A stretch of DNA of 64,000 nt from a virus. The stretch covers positions 45,601 to 109,600 of the IMG/VR virus record IMGVR_UViG_3300042465_007464; one strand, written 5' to 3'. The notes under the pieces were generated by a model. It did no database searches, was not told the origin of the DNA, and was given only the letters and a program-made list of their open reading frames with translations. Every line of letters starts with the position of its first letter. Position 1 is the first letter of the stretch. The translations under genes were made by a program, and so were the position numbers. This document shows, in pieces, positions 59,754-64,000 of this stretch.

Positions 59754-59948
59754 CTACATTTCGCCTTCAACAACGTCAGTTACTGTAAAATAAGCTACCC
59801 GTTCTATAAAATCAACAACGTCTTCCGGCTCAAAGCCTTCAACATTAATAAGATCCTCAGCAATTGCCTTAATTGCTTGTTCCAATTTTTCCTGTGCCAT
59901 AGTGGGAGTTAAACCCAACATTCTGTCAAATGCTTCCATTGATACCAT
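59754..59948 (-). CDS. Early acidic hypothetical protein
   Basis: 64 aa; own promoter. Confidence 0.6.
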   Translation of the reverse strand: MVSMEAFDRMLGLTPTMAQEKLEQAIKAIAEDLINVEGFEPEDVVDFIERVAYFTVTDVVEGEM

Positions 59949-60032
59949 AATCTCTCTTTTTAAATTAATACTTAAAGATAATAAAAATAACCGTGCGTGT
60001 CAAGCATTTTGCTAAAAAAGTTTACGGAAAGT

Positions 60033-60305
60033 TTATTCCTCTTCGTCCCATTCATCACATTCGTCGCCATATTCAAAATCCAACTCGTCGATTATGTCTT
60101 CAAATGTGGCACACAATGCTTCGGCTTCTGCGTCTGTGATAGTGGATCCCGCCTGTTCCATGTTCTCGCCATCCAGCCAACGTTCAAATACTTCGGTTAA
60201 GTCGGATTCCGCTAAGCGTGCATCCATAATCTCTAACGCGTCGTCGTTAGCTACATCGGTGAAGTCGTAAATTCTTCCGTAAAGGTCTTGCAATTTTTCT
60301 CTCAT
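60033..60305 (-). CDS. Early highly acidic protein (possible DNA mimic)
   Basis: 90 aa, very D/E-rich; own promoter. Confidence 0.55.
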   Translation of the reverse strand: MREKLQDLYGRIYDFTDVANDDALEIMDARLAESDLTEVFERWLDGENMEQAGSTITDAEAEALCATFEDIIDELDFEYGDECDEWDEEE

Positions 60306-60391
60306 ATCTCTCTTTTTAAATTATACTTAAAAATAATAAAAATAACCGTGCGTGTCAAGCATTTTGACAACTTTTTTCGAACTTTTTTTAA

Positions 60392-60547
60392 TTAAAATTC
60401 AACAAAGTCTATTGCCATTTCTCCGATACCCTTTCCGTCACGGGTAATCTCATAATTGGGATCCATACCGGAAATCATGATGTGGGCGATAAGGTCTCCT
60501 ATCGTCGGAAACTCTGCTGTGTAATAATCACAATTTAAACTATACAT
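60392..60547 (-). CDS. Early small protein (51 aa)
   Basis: Manual translation MYSLNCDYYTAEFPTIGDLIAHIMISGMDPNYEITRDGKGIGEMAIDFVEF. Confidence 0.65.
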   Translation of the reverse strand: MYSLNCDYYTAEFPTIGDLIAHIMISGMDPNYEITRDGKGIGEMAIDFVEF

Positions 60548-60606
60548 ATCTCTCTTTTTAAATTAATACTTAAAGATAAGGTTTATAAAGTTAGGATCCT
60601 AATTTT

Positions 60607-61005
60607 TTAGGAGAAAAGTTTCGAAAATGTTTCTGCTCGTTTTAAGCATTCAAATTTGCCGGAATCATTCTTTCCCCATATTTCAGCTTTGCCGGAATGA
60701 CTACATTTGGGAATTACTGTGAATAAAACTTCGTTCTCGTTACATATGCGGAAATCGTCATACAACGGTCCTTGACCCGGACAATTATTCTTAAAGAACA
60801 CATATGTCTCTAGGATGTCAATCTCCGGATTTGCTGCAATAAACTTTTTTACCTTAGGGAATAACACATTTGCTTTACGCTCCAATGATGAATCTTTGCA
60901 AAACCAATCATAAAAGTTAAAACAATCATTTTGATCTCCTTCGCTGTCAATTATTCTTCCTGACGCAAATGCATTCAACTGTTCTGCTAAACTTACTTTT
61001 TTCAT
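60607..61005 (-). CDS. Early hypothetical protein
   Basis: 132 aa; FYDWFCKD, YVFFKNNCP..GPLYDDFRIC. Confidence 0.65.
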   Translation of the reverse strand: MKKVSLAEQLNAFASGRIIDSEGDQNDCFNFYDWFCKDSSLERKANVLFPKVKKFIAANPEIDILETYVFFKNNCPGQGPLYDDFRICNENEVLFTVIPKCSHSGKAEIWGKNDSGKFECLKRAETFSKLFS

Positions 61006-61085
61006 AACTCTCTCAATTTATAACATGTTGTGGGAATATTCCCTTCTTATTAATACTTAAAGATAAGGATAATAAAGTTAGGATC

Positions 61086-61280
61086 CTAATTTATTTGCAA
61101 CTTTTTTTGCAATCTTTTCAACTTTGTTTTAAGCTTATTACGCTCCAACTTGCGAAAGTAATTGCCGTGGTTATACGGAGTGCATCCGTCGGGTTGAGCA
61201 AATGCACTAACCCATTTTGTGGTATCCGTCTTTAGGAATTCCAATCTTGCTTCAATAGCTTTAATTTGTTCTTGTATCAT
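61086..61280 (-). CDS. Early hypothetical protein
   Basis: 64 aa; own promoter. Confidence 0.55.
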   Translation of the reverse strand: MIQEQIKAIEARLEFLKTDTTKWVSAFAQPDGCTPYNHGNYFRKLERNKLKTKLKRLQKKLQIN

Positions 61281-61526
61281 ATCTCCCTTTTAATTTTAAT
61301 AAAGATAAGTATAATAATGATAGGATCCTAATTTTTTGGCAACTTTGTTTGAACTTTTTTCAACTTGAAAAAACAGCCCGTCATATAAAGATAAGTATAA
61401 TAATGATAGGATCCTAATCTTTTCGAAACTTTTTTCAAACAAAGTTAAGGGAATTATAACCGACTATTTCTATTATGGCAGACTCGCCTCGGTTTATTTT
61501 TTTAACTTCCCTTTAACTTTGTTTTG

Positions 61527-61628
61527 AAGTCGGGACAGGATTTGAACCTGCATGGTGGAGACTATTATTCGATCTTATACACTCCACCTTATCTTCCTTC
61601 GACAGCGTTACCATTCCGCCTCCCGACT
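61527..61628 (-). ncRNA. tRNA-like RNA (Leu-type acceptor/D/T arms, non-canonical anticodon region, long extra arm)
   Basis: AGTCGGG/CCCGACT acceptor; GGCGGAATGGTAACGC D-arm; GCAGG-TTCAAAT-CCTGT T-arm; GGTGGAG/CTCCACC extra stem; no CCA. Confidence 0.7.
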
Positions 61629-61640
61629 CGAGGTTGCTGG

Positions 61641-62021
61641 CTAATTAAAGCCAACAAACCCTTTTTCCAATTTTATATCTAAATCCTCCACCATTTCCTT
61701 TAAACGGTAATAAGGAGCGGCTTCCAATTCATCTTCGAATATGTCACATATTCTTTCAATTGTGTAACCAAATCCATATCCGCAAATAGTAACGGCTTTC
61801 TGAATGGCAATCATTTCGTCGGATGCACATTCCCAATCCAATTCAGACAATTCGCCATCTTCTTCATCCAACTCAGCTTCTGCGGCATCCAATGCATCCA
61901 TCCACAGACTATAAATTGCATTCTTTACTATCTCAGCCACTGCATCATTGTGGTCATACATTTCGCGGCTCCAAGGTTTAACAATTTGGGTCCCGTACTC
62001 TACTTTTGGTTCTTTTTTCAT
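61641..62021 (-). CDS. Early acidic hypothetical protein
   Basis: 126 aa; own promoter. Confidence 0.65.
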   Translation of the reverse strand: MKKEPKVEYGTQIVKPWSREMYDHNDAVAEIVKNAIYSLWMDALDAAEAELDEEDGELSELDWECASDEMIAIQKAVTICGYGFGYTIERICDIFEDELEAAPYYRLKEMVEDLDIKLEKGFVGFN

Positions 62022-62092
62022 ATCTCTTATTTTTTTATATACTTAAAGATAAGTAAAAAAGAGATGCGTGTCAAGCATCTCCCTAACTTTTT

Positions 62093-62347
62093 TTAAACTT
62101 TTTTTGCATCCGTAACAAGCTTGTTACGGAGCTTGTCTACTAACTTTTTAAAATTAGTAACTGCATCCCAATTCCCGGTGTCTATGGGAGCTGTTAACCC
62201 GAAATACCCGTCGGGAGCGTAATGCATATTAAGCAACTGCATACGCGGACTTGCTTTGCGCAATGCTACTTGTTGTGCTGCTACACGTGCAGCTACTTGC
62301 TTAAGCTCTACATCTGTAAGCAATGTGACATTAAAACTTTCTTGCAT
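62093..62347 (-). CDS. Early hypothetical protein
   Basis: 84 aa; own promoter. Confidence 0.6.
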   Translation of the reverse strand: MQESFNVTLLTDVELKQVAARVAAQQVALRKASPRMQLLNMHYAPDGYFGLTAPIDTGNWDAVTNFKKLVDKLRNKLVTDAKKV

Positions 62348-62437
62348 ATCTCTATTTTTAAATTATACTTAAATATAATAATAAAAAGCACGCGTGTCAA
62401 GCAAAATGCAAACTTTTTTTAACTTTTTTTTTACAGC

Positions 62438-62675
62438 AAAAAACAGCGCTGCTAGGTGAGAGATCCTAACAACGCTGTTGGGCACCTGGAAAGAGAGAAA
62501 CCCTACCTAACTTGCCGATCCGCCGACCATCGTAGCTTGTTGCTGACCCTGAGGTGTGCGAAGCTTGTTGTGGTCGGACCCCGTCGGCATTTGAATCGAT
62601 CCACGTATCATTAACCTGTCGCCAGATCCTTTGGTCGCCTAGCATACGGCATTTGGTTGGATCAACCTTCCTACA
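62438..62675 (-). ncRNA. Candidate structured small RNA (~235 nt)
   Basis: TTGGA...TATTATAT promoter at 62679-62709; 13-bp terminator stem at 62444-62477 plus U-tract; ~80-nt imperfect hairpin at 62513-62589; no credible ORF. Confidence 0.65.
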
Positions 62676-62724
62676 TCTATATAATAAGAAATAATACGCA
62701 CATATCCAACCTTTACGCGCACTT

Positions 62725-63150
62725 CGTACGTGTCGCTATAGCTAGGTCATCAAAGCGTACGTGCATATAGTGCAGATTTCATCTAAAACCTGAAAGCAAT
62801 CTAAAGGTCAATTCGCCTAAAAATCAACTAAAAATAGCCGGGGAGCGGAGGATTCTTCTAAAAATCGTCTAAAAATAGCAGCATCGGACTAAAAATCAAC
62901 TAAAAATAGGACTCGCTATAGCTAGCGATTTCACCAGGATCGCGTCATACGTGTGTATAGTGCAGGTCATGATGGTCTCGCATAAGCCGCAAGATCACAT
63001 ACGACACGACGTATCTGGCGTAGGGAGGAGAGGATGCATCTAAAAATCAACTAAAAATAACGTCACCCGTTTCTGTTTATAATAAGGAATTCCGTCCAAA
63101 AATCAAACCAAATTCATCTAAAAGTCCCCTAAAAATCGTCTAAAAATAAC
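62725..63150. repeat. Iteron-like CTAAAAAT repeats (paired, 11-bp period) in a non-coding region
   Basis: ctaaaaatcaactaaaaata x3 and ctaaaaatcgtctaaaaata x2; tcgctatagctag x2; tatagtgcag x2. Confidence 0.8.
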
Positions 63151-63571
63151 ATGGGGCATACAGTGCGTATACGTGCTTCCAGGCCTTAACGGATATCAAG
63201 TATCCAGTGCATGTGCAATAAAGACGCTAAGGCGCTAGGAAATGGTGTATAGGGAGAGCGATATATATATCTGTACTACCACCCACGTTCTATTCACTCT
63301 TCCGCCTGGATCGCATCATCCCATGACTCAAACTTTTAACGCATTCTTTCGGGTTGACGCCTCTCCTGGATAAAGGACAAGACACTGGGATGCTGTCACC
63401 ATGACCCCTAACTAATTCATACAATGACGTGCTTCGTACATATACTTGCATTACTTACATTACTTCGAGTATTACTTGTCGTCTTCGTGTTCTTTGCTAG
63501 GTTCTTGGGCATAGATCCGTAACGTACTGTGTTGGAACTTTAGTTAGGGCAATGCGGTGTCTGCTTGGATA

Positions 63572-63736
63572 TCAATTCAATATTTTAAATCTCAACCAAA
63601 TTCTAAACTTTGCCAATAACAAAAACAAAGGCATATCCGTATAAGAAGTACATAAGGTTACGTCGTTGCAAGTACCACTTAATCCTTCCTTAAAGGAATA
63701 GCCTTCGAAATCGAATGTGTTCCATTTAATTTTCAT
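63572..63736 (-). CDS. Small hypothetical protein (54 aa)
   Basis: Manual translation MKIKWNTFDFEGYSFKEGLSG... Confidence 0.45.
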   Translation of the reverse strand: MKIKWNTFDFEGYSFKEGLSGTCNDVTLCTSYTDMPLFLLLAKFRIWLRFKILN

Positions 63737-63749
63737 ATCATTTTTTTAG

Positions 63750-63861
63750 TAGTCAGGACAAGATTCGAACTTGCACGTGGACCTTGTGTGTATCTCAACT
63801 ATACTGCGGTTATTCCACTCCGTTTAACTATTCAGTGCGTTTACCATTCCGCCACCTGACT
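63750..63861 (-). ncRNA. tRNA-like RNA with an expanded, non-canonical central region
   Basis: AGTCAGG/CCTGACT acceptor; TGGCGGAATGGTAAACGC D-arm; GCAAG-TTCGAAT-CTTGT T-arm; GTGGA/TCCAC extra stem; no CCA. Confidence 0.7.
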
Positions 63862-63864
63862 ATT

Positions 63865-64000
63865 TTATTCAAATCTTTTGTCTAGTCCTATTAAACTAAC
63901 AGCTGCGATAATAGGTATTGTAGTAATGTACCCAGTAAGAATCGTTACAGCAAAAAGGTATGGTGCAGTTTCCCATGCTTGTTTATTTTTTGTAACCCAT
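63865..64000 (-). CDS. Partial membrane protein (3' end)
   Basis: ...WETAPYLFAVTILTGYITTIPIIAAVSLIGLDKRFE-stop. Confidence 0.45.
   Translation of the reverse strand, partial: WVTKNKQAWETAPYLFAVTILTGYITTIPIIAAVSLIGLDKRFE

Larger units (their letters stand above)
55081..62400 (-). promoter_or_regulatory. Array of repeated early promoters TTGACACGCA-N13-TAnnTTTA (12 copies here, 1 more near 52290) plus TTAGG-type variants
   Basis: gcgtgtcaa on + near 55113, 56693, 56893, 57596, 57887, 58053, 59118, 59437, 59995, 60350, 62066 and 62392; cctaa-type variants near 55605, 60598, 61085, 61327 and 61413. Confidence 0.85.

Noticed and set aside
55069-62347. AGAGAG as a plain Shine-Dalgarno for a host with a variant anti-SD
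   Set aside because: The motif usually ends 0-3 nt from the AUG, too close for normal SD spacing; worth rechecking once the host 16S tail is known
62513-62589. SRP (4.5S) RNA
   Set aside because: UCAGG and AGCA are present, but the GNRA-capped helix-8 geometry is missing
62505-62652. 13-aa and 27-aa micro-ORFs inside the candidate sRNA
   Set aside because: They lack either initiation signature and overlap strong stems; not excluded without ribosome profiling
61527-63861. Canonical tRNA-Leu/Ser genes
   Set aside because: No 5-bp stem with a 7-nt U33 anticodon loop could be drawn, so no anticodon was assigned
1-64000. Stop-codon reassignment (alternative genetic code)
   Set aside because: Core genes are full length in the standard code, and TAA, TGA and TAG all terminate ORFs

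Overview
This window is 64 kb of a large, AT-rich, T4-like (myovirus-type) phage genome, almost entirely coded on the minus strand. The host is most likely Bacteroidota, judged from bS21, DUF4494, the Hc1-like protein, GNVGIG tail repeats and TTG/TAnnTTT promoters. 1-41 kb holds head genes (scaffold, prohead protease, portal, terminase), a phage ribosomal protein bS21, a nucleotidyltransferase/ligase-like polyprotein with an in-frame HNH insert, tail and baseplate genes, an SbcD-SbcC fusion, primase, a T7-endo-I-like nuclease and a gp55-like late sigma factor. 41-54.5 kb holds accessory and putative head-packaged proteins. 54.8-62.4 kb is an array of small early genes, most with their own near-identical promoter, plus a sigma70. 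62.4-64 kb holds a candidate sRNA and an A-tract iteron region, and tRNA-like RNAs lie at 61.5 and 63.8 kb. Main hypotheses, all untested: (1) an RNA-based translational control system in which early genes share an AAGAGAGAU-AUG start signature and three transcribed elements, including a stand-alone ~235-nt RNA, carry its complement AUCUCUCA; (2) late genes instead carry AAGG(A) Shine-Dalgarno-like motifs, alongside a phage bS21; (3) a shared ~10-aa capsid-targeting leader on unrelated enzymes; (4) a tandem convergent variable effector/secreted-partner cassette. All calls come from reading the sequence; no database searches were run.
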